Shown here one piece after another: positions 21,086-30,978 of a stretch of DNA of 64,000 bases; position 1 is the first letter of the stretch, and the number at the start of each line of letters is the position of its first letter. Source of the DNA: an uncultured bacterium. GTDB lineage: Bacteria; Bacillota_I; Bacilli_A; RFN20; CAG-826. The stretch covers positions 156,105 to 220,104 of the forward strand of contig CASFCL010000001.1 in NCBI GenBank assembly GCA_949293255.1. Direction: 5' to 3'. Position numbers and translations under genes: made by a program. Under the pieces are notes generated by a model, which searched no databases, was not told the origin of the DNA, and worked only from the letters and a program-made list of their open reading frames with translations.

Positions 21086-21210
21086 AAGTTTTCCTTTCTT
21101 AATAAATAACCAAATATATTTTATCAAAGTAAAATTATGTTTTATAGAAAAACAAACAAATTTTTATGATTTTTGAAAATTAAATGAAAAGATTTTCATT
21201 AAAATGAAAA

Positions 21211-21247
21211 AGCCCATACTCGTGCTTAAAGTATGGGCAATTTTTTT
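21211..21247 (-). terminator. intrinsic terminator after the esterase lipoprotein gene
   Basis: Hairpin GCCCATACT-cgtgcttaa-AGTATGGGC with T or A runs on both sides. Confidence 0.65.
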
Positions 21248-21286
21248 TATACTTCTTAGGAGGTTAAACCTAGAAGAAACAAGATT

Positions 21287-23497
21287 TTATTTTGAAGTTG
21301 AAGCTAACCAACCCCAAAGTGTTACTTCTTCGCTACCAACCATAACTTTTCCAGTTGATGGAGCAGTAATGTTATTAGCATCTGTAACTGTAGTATCACA
21401 TTGATCTTTTAATGCATAGATCCATGAATAGTGACCCATGTATTCAACTTCTTTTCCTGAATCATCGCCAACAACATTTTCAAAGTATGAATAATAGACG
21501 TTTTGTGCGTTTGCATCGATTAATCTCTTATATGTTGCGTTGGTGAAATCATTTGGAATAACTGTTGTATCGTTTGCTGCATGAGTGAACCAAATATTTG
21601 AATCTTTTAAGAGGGCAATATTTTCATCAGTAATTGCGCTATCTGCTTTTGCTTCACAAATTGGATAGTAAGCTGCGAAGTAACTGTTGTATTTGATAGC
21701 CATTTCCATGGTCATGAAACCACCATTAGAACATCCACCTAAATAAATTCTATTTGGATCAATGTCTTCGTTACCTGCGACGTATGTTTCGATAGTTTTC
21801 ATTAAGGTTTCTGTATAAATTGAGGATGAAGTTCCTTCAGTTTGTGTACCGTCTCCTGCATCCATCCACATTGTTGGAGTTTGAACTGCAAGAACGTAAG
21901 CACCTGCTGAACCATTAGTTTTGAAGTAAGATTGAATCTTTTCTTCACCTAAATTGGTGACATCGTTACCAAGTAAGGCAATATCGACATCTGTTCCACC
22001 TTCTCCAGCACCATGAAGCCAAATGATTAATGGGTTTTTGACACCATCTTCTTCCATAGCAGTTGTTTCATATGCTTTATAGGTTAATTTTTGATTATTT
22101 TCTTCGTTTGTATAGGATTTTTGTTCACCCCAGTCTTTAACTGCAGTAATAACTCTTCCATTTTCTGCTTCTGTATTACAAACAAATGGTTTTTGAGTTG
22201 CATCATAAGTTGTTTCACCGATTTTTAATGATTTTCCTGCAGCTAATCTTGTAGTAATAGTATAGGAAGCATCCCAAATATTTCTACCTGTCTCATTAAC
22301 GTATTGGAATGGGCTTGCGCCATTTGTTGAGGTCATGATCCATCCACCCCAGTTTTGTGAGGTAATGTTGAATCCTAATTCCATTCCAACTTTGGTTCCG
22401 CTTGTAGCTGCTGTATCTTCATCACCATTTGCGTCTACTAAGTAGATATCTTTAACTTCTCTAGCACCAGCTCCGCCAGCACCTGAAGCATTAACTTGGA
22501 ATAAATCTATTGCTAAATCACTTGCTGCGACTGCGTTACCAGTTCCAAAATCGATGACTACTTTATAGACACCTGGACCCCATTCATAACCATTAACATA
22601 GTATGTATAGGTACCAATGTTTTCTGTGGTAACTGCTTCAACTTTGGTTTGTTCAATTCCTAAATCTCCATAGACTTTAATACAGTCCATGTTTGGTCCT
22701 TGCATACCGACTGTTGTAACGGTAATGACATTAGCACCAGCTTTAATAGAGACATCATCGATAATAAATTCATTCCATGCGTAGTAATTCCATGCTCCTT
22801 CGCCTGGCTCAAGGGTAATACCTGTTAAATCTAATTCGGTATCATTAACTTCAATTGTAATGACATCTTTAACAGTCATTGCGGTCATTTGGAATGATGT
22901 CCAATCCATTGCGGTTGTTGCCATGACAAATCCAAGATCAACTGTTCCAGCTTCTTCTGCTGTAAATTTAACATTTGTGACAACGCCTTGGGATTGATAA
23001 CCAAGAGATGCTCCACCACTTGCTGTATCAGTTTCTTCAACAGGTGTTTCAACTGGGTTACCAGTTCCATCTGTCCATCCACCAGCTGGTGGTATGTGTT
23101 GAGCATCTTCAAATTCTAAAACTGCATCTGGTTCAATTACTGGACGATTTGCAACTGTAATTTCAACTGTTCCTGCTTTATGACCAGCTTTTCTAGCTTT
23201 AATTGTTGCTTTTCCTGCTGATAAACCAGTAACTGTACCATCACTAGCAACACTAGCGATAGCTTCTCCACCTTCAACGATAGAGTATTGAACGTCTGTT
23301 ACAGCTGATCCATTAACTGTAGCAGTTACTTTAGCGGTTTGACCAACATAGATTTCTGAAACATCTAAAGCTAAAGTAATTTGAGGATTTTTGCTTGTTT
23401 GTTGTGTACCTTCTCCACAAGAAACAACGCCAAATGTAACACCACTTAAAATAAGTGCACTGGAGAGTAATAAAACTCCTATTCTTCTTTTTTTCAT
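21287..23497 (-). CDS. secreted lipoprotein with a Big_2 domain, a CBM-like beta-sandwich and a C-terminal alpha/beta-hydrolase (carbohydrate esterase-like) domain
   Basis: The signal peptide carries lipobox VVSC. An Ig-like Big_2 segment follows (...VTATVNGSAVTDVQYSIVEGGEAIASVASDGTVTGLSAGKATIKA...). The esterase motifs are IIWLHGAGEGG and GGCSNGG (GxSxG). Confidence 0.6.
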   Translation of the reverse strand: MKKRRIGVLLLSSALILSGVTFGVVSCGEGTQQTSKNPQITLALDVSEIYVGQTAKVTATVNGSAVTDVQYSIVEGGEAIASVASDGTVTGLSAGKATIKARKAGHKAGTVEITVANRPVIEPDAVLEFEDAQHIPPAGGWTDGTGNPVETPVEETDTASGGASLGYQSQGVVTNVKFTAEEAGTVDLGFVMATTAMDWTSFQMTAMTVKDVITIEVNDTELDLTGITLEPGEGAWNYYAWNEFIIDDVSIKAGANVITVTTVGMQGPNMDCIKVYGDLGIEQTKVEAVTTENIGTYTYYVNGYEWGPGVYKVVIDFGTGNAVAASDLAIDLFQVNASGAGGAGAREVKDIYLVDANGDEDTAATSGTKVGMELGFNITSQNWGGWIMTSTNGASPFQYVNETGRNIWDASYTITTRLAAGKSLKIGETTYDATQKPFVCNTEAENGRVITAVKDWGEQKSYTNEENNQKLTYKAYETTAMEEDGVKNPLIIWLHGAGEGGTDVDIALLGNDVTNLGEEKIQSYFKTNGSAGAYVLAVQTPTMWMDAGDGTQTEGTSSSIYTETLMKTIETYVAGNEDIDPNRIYLGGCSNGGFMTMEMAIKYNSYFAAYYPICEAKADSAITDENIALLKDSNIWFTHAANDTTVIPNDFTNATYKRLIDANAQNVYYSYFENVVGDDSGKEVEYMGHYSWIYALKDQCDTTVTDANNITAPSTGKVMVGSEEVTLWGWLASTSK

Positions 23498-23579
23498 TAT
23501 AAACTCCTTAATGTTATTAAATTGTTATAAAGGGTTTAGAAGGGAAAAGCCCTTCTAAACCTAATTATTTTTTTGAAAA

Positions 23580-26462
23580 TTATGCTTCTTTTGCAACTTC
23601 AACTTCTTCTGGTTGTTTTTGAAGTTTTAAAGCTTTCCAAGTAATTAATCCTGCCCAAGCAGCAACTGCTACCCATAAGATGACGTCTACTGGAATGAAC
23701 CAAGCAAGCCATGGTTCTTGATATTTAACAGCGTGAGCTGTTGCATTAGCAACTGAGTAAAGAATATTCTTGCATGCTCTTCTTGCTTGAACTTGAGAAG
23801 TTGCAGATTCCATAGATGGATCTCTACCTAAGAAAGTGAGACCTGTTAACCATAAATCGTTACCAGCTCTTACACCTTGATCTGGGTTCATGAATGCTTG
23901 CGTATTCATGTAGTAGTCAGTAATGACACAGCCTTGGAAGCCCCATTCATTTCTTAAAACTTCAGTAAGTAATGCATATGATGCACCTGTCCATGTGGTT
24001 CCAATTCTATTGAATGAAGACATAATACATCTTGTCTTACCTTCTTCAACTGTGATTTGGAATGGTTTTAAGTAAATTTCTCTTAATGCTTGTTCATCAA
24101 GATATGTGAATAATCCGTATCTTTGTGTTTCTTGATCGTTAACTGCGAAGTGTTTAACGTAGCAGTTTAAACCTTGTGATTGAGCACCGATAACAAATTG
24201 AGCACCCATTTTACCACTAAGATGTGGATCTTCTGAGTAGTATTCGAAGTTTCTACCTGCATATGGATTTCTATGAATGTTGACAGCTGGAGCATATAAA
24301 CCAGTGACACCCATTTCATTGGATTCCATACCGAAAGCTTCACCTTCCATTTGTGATAATTCTTTATTCCATGTTGAACCAACGACGATTTCTGATGGAT
24401 AAGACATAGCGACTAATTCTTCATAAGAAACGTTAGAGAAGTTAAATCCTTGAGGACCATCTAAGTCTCTATTGACGGCTTTATTGATGCTTGGAACTGC
24501 TGCTGTTTGATAACCACCATCAGCAATTAAGTCGGCCATTTCTTCGACGGTTAATTGATTTAATAAATCTTCCCAAAGAGGATCATCATAATCAAGTCCT
24601 GCCATGTCTTCAAGGTATAAACCTCTCATTGCTTCGGTTTCATTTCCATCATCATCAATTGTTGTTGCATAGACGATATTTCCATCTTCATCATAGACGA
24701 TATCGCCATTTTCATCTCTTTCTTCAGCTCTTACTTTATGTGTAATTGTGCCGGTTGTTGGATATTGATCGGTTGGATCGTCGACGATATCTTCTTGACT
24801 TGCGATAGCGTCTAAAACTTTTTGAGATGCTTCTCTAGCAGTTCTTGTAGCAACTGGGAAGTTAGAGGTTAAATTATCTGCTCTAGTCATGTATTGTGTG
24901 CTACCATCTGTCATAGCATCTTCAAATCTATTTTCGATGTCATAACCAGTATATTCGGTTGTATCGTAATAAACTGTTTGATTGACTGTGTAAGTAATTG
25001 GATCGACACCTGCTTTAATATCATGTGCGTTACTTGAAACTGAAAGGATGTAATTTCCATCTTCAAGTTCATAACCTTCATGTCCATCATTATTTGCATC
25101 ATCATAGTCATATGAAGCAAGTTCTCTAACTGAACATTCAAGGGTAACTGTTGCTGATGAATGTGGTTCAATCATTGGAGTTTTTTCAAAAGCAATTAAG
25201 TTTTTATGTGCTTTTTCGATTTCACCATTTGTGTATGGAGGGGTGACGTAAAGTTCAACTACATCTTTTCCTGCCATATCTCCATCATTTGTAACTTCGA
25301 CATCGATGCTAATCTTATCGTCATTACCTAATCTTTGTCCGGTGACTCTCCATGAGAAGTCGGTGTAAGATAAACCATACCCGAATGGATATTGAACTGC
25401 TGCATCATATCCTGTTTCATCGTTAGCGTATTTGGTTTCATAATATCTATAACCAACATAAATTCCTTCACTATAATCGACATAATATGTTTGTGCTCTA
25501 TTGGTATAGCTGTAGGTATATCTCATATTTGAGTTTAAATATGCAGGAGATGATTTTGAATCTCTAGCAAATGTATCTACTGTTCTACCACTTGGATTAA
25601 CTTCACCAGTTAATAATTTACCAACTTCTGATAAACCATAAGCACCTGGATGTCCAATCCAAACAACTGCGTCAACATAATCTTCATCTAAAATGTTAAG
25701 TTCCATTGGGTTAGCAATGTTTAAACAAACGACGACTGTTCCGAAATTTTGACCTGCCCATTCAATTAATTCTGCTTCTTTATCTGAAAGTTCAAGATAG
25801 TCTGCTTCAACACCACGTCCTGAATTATCTCTTTGATCACCAGCTTCACCTGCTGGAAGGTCCATACCTTCGCCACCGGTTCTACCAATATTAATTAAAG
25901 CGATATCAGAGAATTGTTTGTAAGAAGCAACATTAGCATTGTATAAACTTACATCTAATGCTGGTCTTGCTGGATAGAATGAGTTTTGAAGAGGATTACC
26001 AACATTTGTATCAACTCTTCCTGCTGTGACTTCAGCTTGCATTAAGTCAATGATGTCTTGATTATAATTGATTCCTGCTGCTTCATATGAAGCTAAATAG
26101 GTTTCTGGTTCATCAACTGTAGAAGCTCCTGAACCACTACCACCATAGTACATATTGATGGTATTGATACCAAAGACGTTAACGTTGATACCTTCTTCTT
26201 CGTTTTCGATTGTAAATGGTAAAGCATTGTTTTCGTTTTTAAGTAAAACCATACCTTCATCCATGATTTGATCGACAACTTCTCCGGCGTGTACATATGC
26301 ATCACCTTCTGTGTCTCCACCTTGGACACCACTACCACCAAAGTATGTTGTTAAGGCTTGTCTTAATTCAGTCCCTAACGCGAGAACATTTACGGTAACT
26401 AAAACAGCTGCTGCGGCTACGATACCGATGACATTCCCGATGATAAACTTTTTGTGTTTCAT
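23580..26462 (-). CDS. glycoside hydrolase family 3 (beta-glucosidase/beta-xylosidase-like), domain-permuted, with N-terminal signal/anchor and C-terminal TM anchor
   Basis: 960 aa. The GH3 catalytic-domain motifs YVKHFAVNDQE and GFQGCVITDYYM lie near the C-terminus, whereas the GH3_C-like and FnIII-like regions are N-terminal. The N-terminus is hydrophobic (IIGNVIGIVAAAAVLVTVNVLALG). A C-terminal TM helix (WLAWFIPVDVILWVAVAAWAGLITW) is followed by a charged tail. The SD is AAGGAGG. Confidence 0.75.
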   Translation of the reverse strand: MKHKKFIIGNVIGIVAAAAVLVTVNVLALGTELRQALTTYFGGSGVQGGDTEGDAYVHAGEVVDQIMDEGMVLLKNENNALPFTIENEEEGINVNVFGINTINMYYGGSGSGASTVDEPETYLASYEAAGINYNQDIIDLMQAEVTAGRVDTNVGNPLQNSFYPARPALDVSLYNANVASYKQFSDIALINIGRTGGEGMDLPAGEAGDQRDNSGRGVEADYLELSDKEAELIEWAGQNFGTVVVCLNIANPMELNILDEDYVDAVVWIGHPGAYGLSEVGKLLTGEVNPSGRTVDTFARDSKSSPAYLNSNMRYTYSYTNRAQTYYVDYSEGIYVGYRYYETKYANDETGYDAAVQYPFGYGLSYTDFSWRVTGQRLGNDDKISIDVEVTNDGDMAGKDVVELYVTPPYTNGEIEKAHKNLIAFEKTPMIEPHSSATVTLECSVRELASYDYDDANNDGHEGYELEDGNYILSVSSNAHDIKAGVDPITYTVNQTVYYDTTEYTGYDIENRFEDAMTDGSTQYMTRADNLTSNFPVATRTAREASQKVLDAIASQEDIVDDPTDQYPTTGTITHKVRAEERDENGDIVYDEDGNIVYATTIDDDGNETEAMRGLYLEDMAGLDYDDPLWEDLLNQLTVEEMADLIADGGYQTAAVPSINKAVNRDLDGPQGFNFSNVSYEELVAMSYPSEIVVGSTWNKELSQMEGEAFGMESNEMGVTGLYAPAVNIHRNPYAGRNFEYYSEDPHLSGKMGAQFVIGAQSQGLNCYVKHFAVNDQETQRYGLFTYLDEQALREIYLKPFQITVEEGKTRCIMSSFNRIGTTWTGASYALLTEVLRNEWGFQGCVITDYYMNTQAFMNPDQGVRAGNDLWLTGLTFLGRDPSMESATSQVQARRACKNILYSVANATAHAVKYQEPWLAWFIPVDVILWVAVAAWAGLITWKALKLQKQPEEVEVAKEA

Positions 26463-26518
26463 CTGAAATTTTCCTCCTTAAAAAGTTCGGGAAAATTATA
26501 GAAGTGAAACTCTCAAAA

Positions 26519-26532
26519 TGAAAGCGCTTACA
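26519..26532. promoter_or_regulatory. cre (CcpA) box TGAAAGCGCTTACA in the GH3 promoter region
   Basis: It matches the cre consensus TGWAANCGNTNWCA at all defined positions. It overlaps the minus-strand promoter spacer/-35 upstream of GH3 (TATAAT about 26494..26499). Confidence 0.6.
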
Positions 26533-26559
26533 CGTAACTTTGCAAATTTTTGCGTAACC

Positions 26560-27921
26560 TTACATTTTTAGGGGTATCAGAGCCTTCAAAATGAATTTTT
26601 TTTCATTCGTCTCAAATGTGATTTTGCCGTTATGTTTCTTAACTGTATAGGCTAAAGACTTGGTTCCGAAGCCATGATAATTTGTATTTTTCTTGGTAGT
26701 TTTAATACCAGTTTCATTTAACTCAACTTCGCCTTCAAAGTAGTTAGTTTCTTCTATATAAATGAAGCCTGCTACTTCTTTTACAATAAGAGAAATATTT
26801 CTTTTTAAAGGATCTTTAATTTTAGATACTGCTTCAATTGCATTATCTAAAATATTTGAAAAGAATGTGACGATTTCATCTTTTGAAAATGCATTCAAGA
26901 TTGTCCCATCACACATGGTTGTCATCTCAATTTGATTTTTATGGGCATATAAACTTTTTTCGGTGATGACTAAATCTAAAGTTTCATTACCAGAGTCAAT
27001 AGTTTTATCATAAATTCTAATTGCATCAGCAATTTGTTCTAATTCTTCATCTGTAATGATTCTTGAACTACTTTTTAATTTACGAATCTGTTTTCTTAAG
27101 TCGTGACATTTAATATTAATATAATCAATTGCTTCTTTACTTTGCTCGAATTGTTTTATCTTTTCTTGATAGAAGGCTTCAATTTTTAAAGTTTCTTCTC
27201 TAGCTTTATTGACTTCAAAAAATCCAGCGGTAACTCCTAAAATAAAACATGAACAAGCTACGCAAAATAAAGAAATAATAATTTGTGAAGCGATTTCGTT
27301 ATTTGCATACTTTAAAGATGCAGTATTTAAAACATTAACAACAACTACCGTTGCAGTCGACATAATAACAACTTTAGGTGATGAAATGCTAAATTTATAG
27401 TTTTTATGAAATCTAGTTTTTAAAATGATCGCAGAAAGAATAGAAATTAAGAATTGAGAAATTAAAATTGTTATAACATTCATTATCCATGCATCAAATA
27501 CGAAAAATTGGAATAAAAAGTTATATAACCAATAATCAAATAATAAAGATGTTATTTTATATCCTAAAGATTGAATTGTATAAGCAACTGTTGCAACAAA
27601 TAATGCATCTTTAAATTTAACATCAAAAATTAAGAAATAAAGTAAAAATTGCAAAACAAATAACACTAAATATATTATGGTATTGCTCCAAAATTCCCAT
27701 TTGAAAAGATTTGTAATAATAAATCCTATAATTCCAACAGCAAAAAGAAGACATAAAGAAATGACGATTCTAAAAATAAATCCTTCTCTTATTCTTCTTA
27801 CATTTGGATTTAAAATAAGTTGAACGGCAATCATCACAAGTTGATAATTGCCGATGGTAGTTAAATAAAAATAAATTAAAAATGGCATTATTAGATTAAT
27901 AATATCACTTGATTGAGTCAA
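26560..27921 (-). CDS. membrane sensor histidine kinase, HPK10/AgrC-like (GHKL ATPase, 6-7 TM segments)
   Basis: 453 aa with a polytopic N-terminus and no large extracytoplasmic loop. It has a His-box ...NIKCHDLRKQI... and an HATPase_c_5-like C-terminus (NILDNAIEA...GFGTKSL). It overlaps the LytTR regulator gene by 17 nt. Confidence 0.75.
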   Translation of the reverse strand: MTQSSDIINLIMPFLIYFYLTTIGNYQLVMIAVQLILNPNVRRIREGFIFRIVISLCLLFAVGIIGFIITNLFKWEFWSNTIIYLVLFVLQFLLYFLIFDVKFKDALFVATVAYTIQSLGYKITSLLFDYWLYNFLFQFFVFDAWIMNVITILISQFLISILSAIILKTRFHKNYKFSISSPKVVIMSTATVVVVNVLNTASLKYANNEIASQIIISLFCVACSCFILGVTAGFFEVNKAREETLKIEAFYQEKIKQFEQSKEAIDYINIKCHDLRKQIRKLKSSSRIITDEELEQIADAIRIYDKTIDSGNETLDLVITEKSLYAHKNQIEMTTMCDGTILNAFSKDEIVTFFSNILDNAIEAVSKIKDPLKRNISLIVKEVAGFIYIEETNYFEGEVELNETGIKTTKKNTNYHGFGTKSLAYTVKKHNGKITFETNEKKFILKALIPLKM

Positions 27922-28633
27922 ATTTCATTAAATAATTCATAAAATCATTAACAAATGCTCTTCTTTTTGGGTGAGAAATTTGCAAAACTTCATCTTTAAT
28001 ACGACATTCATATTTATCCACTGAAGTAACAAACTTCAAATTGACTAAGTAACAATTATTGCATCTAGAAAATCCATATTGTTTTAAATCGTTTTCATAA
28101 AATTTTAAAGATTCTCTAGCTAAAAAAGATGTGTTGTTATCTAAATAAAATTTAACATCGTGACTTTCAACTTCGATATATTTTATCGATTTAATCGGAA
28201 CTTTTCGATATCCTTCATTAGTTGAAACACCGTATTCTTCTTGAACTCTTCTATCTAAAATTTTAATAACTTTATCCATTCTTAAAGTGAATGAATCATA
28301 TCTAACAGGTTTAATTAAGAAGTCTACTGCTTCAACTTCATAGCCTTTACAGGCATATTTTGCTAAGTTTGTAACAAATAAAATCAAAACATTGCTATCA
28401 AATTCTCGAATTTTTTTAGCAATTTCTAATCCATTTCCGCCTTTTTCAAGGTCGATATCTAAAACAATGATATCTTGATCAAGTTTATATCTGTCAAAGA
28501 AGTCTTTACTAGTTGAAAAATGACTTATTGAAAAGTCGATATTTTTTTCTTTTCCGTACTTATTAAAATAGTTGATTTCGTTATCAAGATCTTCCTTATT
28601 ATCTTCGATAATAGTTACGTATACTTTTTGCAT
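27905..28633 (-). CDS. LytTR-family response regulator (REC + LytTR DNA-binding domain)
   Basis: It has a receiver (VTIIEDNKED...IIVLDIDL) and a C-terminal LytTR-type domain. The ORF track starts at 28651, but a TTGACA-18-TATATT promoter ends about 7 nt before M7 (MQKVYV), so the likely start is 28633 on a leaderless mRNA. Confidence 0.75.
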   Translation of the reverse strand: MQKVYVTIIEDNKEDLDNEINYFNKYGKEKNIDFSISHFSTSKDFFDRYKLDQDIIVLDIDLEKGGNGLEIAKKIREFDSNVLILFVTNLAKYACKGYEVEAVDFLIKPVRYDSFTLRMDKVIKILDRRVQEEYGVSTNEGYRKVPIKSIKYIEVESHDVKFYLDNNTSFLARESLKFYENDLKQYGFSRCNNCYLVNLKFVTSVDKYECRIKDEVLQISHPKRRAFVNDFMNYLMKFDSIK

Positions 28634-28762
28634 GTTTAAAATATAGACCATAAATTAAACTTATGTCAAATATTTATAAAATATTTAACTCTTTATTTGT
28701 TTTAATATAGGGTAAAAATGTTCTATAATTATAAAGATTTGTGAAAGGAAATTATTTTAATT

Positions 28763-29968
28763 ATGAGTAAAATTATGGCTGTCAACTGTGGTTCAAGCAG
28801 TTTGAAATTTAAATTATATGAAATGCCTGAAGAAAAAGTTCTTTGTTCAGGAATTGTTGAAAGAATTGGTCACGATGATGCAATTTTTCAATTTAAGCAT
28901 GACGCTTCAAAAGATAAGACAATCCTTCCTGTAAAAGATCATGCTGTCGCTGTTAATATCGTCATGGATGCTTTAATTGAAAAAGGCATCATCGAACATC
29001 TTGATGAAATTAAAGCAACTGGTCATAGAGTCGTTCAAGGTGGACCTTATTTTAAGGTTTCAACTGAGTTTAACGAGGATACTGTTTCAAAAATTAGATC
29101 TTTAATACCTCTTGCTCCTCTTCATAACCAAGCACATTTAACTGGTTATGAAGCCTTTAAAAAAGCTCTTCCAACTACTCCTGCTATCGCAGTTTTTGAT
29201 ACTGCATTCCATCAAACAATGGAACCAGAAGATTACTTATTTGCTATTCCAAAAAAATATTCTAAAAAATATATGATTAGAAGATATGGAGCTCATGGAA
29301 CTTCTCATAAATATCTTTCTGAAAAGGGTGAAGAATATATTCCATCATCAAAAGATAGGAAAATGATAATTTGTCATTTAGGAAGTGGTGCTTCTATTAC
29401 TGCTACTAAAAACGGTAAATGTGTTGCAACTAGTATGGGATTAACTCCACTTGGAGGAATTATGATGAATTCAAGAACTGGAGATATGGATCCATCAGTC
29501 TACTATCAACTTTTAAAAGAAACCGGATTAGATAACGAAACATTATTCCAAGAATTAAATAAACAATCTGGTTTATATGGAACTAGCGGAGTTTCAAATG
29601 ATTCTAGAGATGTTGCTAATAAAGCACTTGAAGGTGATGAAGATTCCATCATTTCAATGAAACTTTGGGCAAGAAGAGTTGCAGATTTCATTGGTCAATA
29701 TTTTGTTAGACTTGGCGGATGTGATTTAATCATTTTCTCAGCAGGAATTGGTGAAAATGCTCCTGAATATAGAGAATTGGTCCTTAAAAATATTGAAGAA
29801 GCTCTTGGTTTATCAGTCAACTATGAAGAAAATAACAAAGTTTTTGGAGGAATTGAAAAAGTTATTTCAAATCCTGAAAGTAAAATCAAAATTGCAGTCA
29901 TTCCTACTGATGAAGAAGTCATGATTGCACGTGATGCATACGATTTATATTTAAGTAAACAAGGTTAA
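28763..29968 (+). CDS. ackA: acetate kinase
   Basis: 401 aa, starting MSKIMAVNCGSSSLKFKLYEM, with the ASKHA-fold motifs. Confidence 0.93.
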   Translation: MSKIMAVNCGSSSLKFKLYEMPEEKVLCSGIVERIGHDDAIFQFKHDASKDKTILPVKDHAVAVNIVMDALIEKGIIEHLDEIKATGHRVVQGGPYFKVSTEFNEDTVSKIRSLIPLAPLHNQAHLTGYEAFKKALPTTPAIAVFDTAFHQTMEPEDYLFAIPKKYSKKYMIRRYGAHGTSHKYLSEKGEEYIPSSKDRKMIICHLGSGASITATKNGKCVATSMGLTPLGGIMMNSRTGDMDPSVYYQLLKETGLDNETLFQELNKQSGLYGTSGVSNDSRDVANKALEGDEDSIISMKLWARRVADFIGQYFVRLGGCDLIIFSAGIGENAPEYRELVLKNIEEALGLSVNYEENNKVFGGIEKVISNPESKIKIAVIPTDEEVMIARDAYDLYLSKQG

Positions 29969-29970
29969 TT

Positions 29971-30978
29971 ATGAACTATATAAAAGAAGTCGGAAAACCA
30001 TATTTAAAACAATATTCTGAAGTACTTAAACAAATTAAAAAGTTCGATAGAATTGCAATTTTTAGACATATTATGCCTGATTTTGATGCTTTAGGAACTC
30101 AATTTGGTTTAGCTACTTGGATTAAAGATAATTTCCCAAATAAAGAAGTTAGAACTTTAGGAGATAACCATGGTGTTTTTACTCCTAGGGGTCTATTTCC
30201 TGAAACAGATAAATTAGATAATTCCTGGTTTGATTCACCATTTTTAGCAATTATTGTCGATGTTGGAGATAAAAAAAGAATCGCTGATCCACGTTTTCAA
30301 AAAGGAACTTATAGAATTAAATTAGATCACCACCCATTTGGTGAAGATCATTTATTCAATCTTCCAATTGCTAACATTGAAATGGCTGCTGCTAGCGAAT
30401 TAGTCGTCAATATGTTATGTAATTTTAAAGGTAATTACGTATTATCTAAAAAGGCAGCATCTTATTTTTATATCGCTCTTGTTGGAGATAGCGGAAGATT
30501 CCAATATAATTCCACTACTTCTCATACCTTTGAAATTGCTACTAAACTTTTAGATGCAAAAATTTCAATCGTCGATATTTATGAAATGATGTATCAAAAA
30601 GAACCTTCTGATTTAGAAGTTATGAAATTTATTTTAAATACATATAAAATTTCACCTCAGGGTGTCGCTTATTATGTATTAACTAACGAAGATTTACTTC
30701 GACTTGGTTTAACTTGTGATCGTGGTAAAGAAAATGTAAATTTATTTTCTAATATCAACGGAGTCAAAGTTTGGTGTTCAATCACTGAAGATGTCACTGA
30801 ACCATGTTTTAGAATCTCAATTAGAAGTAGAAAATATGTTATAAATGAAGTTGCTAAAGCATTTAAAGGAGGCGGACATGCTTCAGCTAGTGGTGCTCAA
30901 ATTAAAGATCTTAGTGAATTAGATTCTTTTATCAATGCTCTAGATCAACTTATTATTGAGGAAGATAGTAAAAAATAA
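29971..30978 (+). CDS. nrnA: DHH/DHHA1 phosphoesterase (NrnA-like nanoRNase/pAp phosphatase)
   Basis: 335 aa with the DHH motifs (IFRHIMPDFDALG, DHHPFGEDH) and DHHA1 GGGHASASG. Confidence 0.8.
   Translation: MNYIKEVGKPYLKQYSEVLKQIKKFDRIAIFRHIMPDFDALGTQFGLATWIKDNFPNKEVRTLGDNHGVFTPRGLFPETDKLDNSWFDSPFLAIIVDVGDKKRIADPRFQKGTYRIKLDHHPFGEDHLFNLPIANIEMAAASELVVNMLCNFKGNYVLSKKAASYFYIALVGDSGRFQYNSTTSHTFEIATKLLDAKISIVDIYEMMYQKEPSDLEVMKFILNTYKISPQGVAYYVLTNEDLLRLGLTCDRGKENVNLFSNINGVKVWCSITEDVTEPCFRISIRSRKYVINEVAKAFKGGGHASASGAQIKDLSELDSFINALDQLIIEEDSKK

Noticed and set aside
21086-21127. An N-terminal extension MIKYIWLFIKKGKL on glgB.
   Set aside because: A good SD (AAGGAA) precedes the internal Met (MAYGILYDF). 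The extension is probably an ORF-caller artefact.
21181-21200. A cre-like palindrome AATGAAAAGATTTTCATT in the glgB upstream region.
   Set aside because: It lacks the central CG of the cre consensus. AT-rich palindromes are frequent in this genome, so it is reported only as a weak operator candidate.
24491-24745. An 84-aa His/Leu-rich plus-strand ORF inside the GH3 gene, plus other antisense ORFs (24167.., 24911.., 26093.., 22885..).
   Set aside because: They are antisense within confirmed coding sequence. Their composition is driven by the codon bias of the sense gene. They are spurious.
21287-26462. A horizontally acquired island, proposed on apparent composition shift in the esterase and GH3 genes.
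   Set aside because: The shift is modest by eye, and Gly/Thr/Ala-rich protein composition could explain it. Without computed GC or codon statistics this cannot be claimed.
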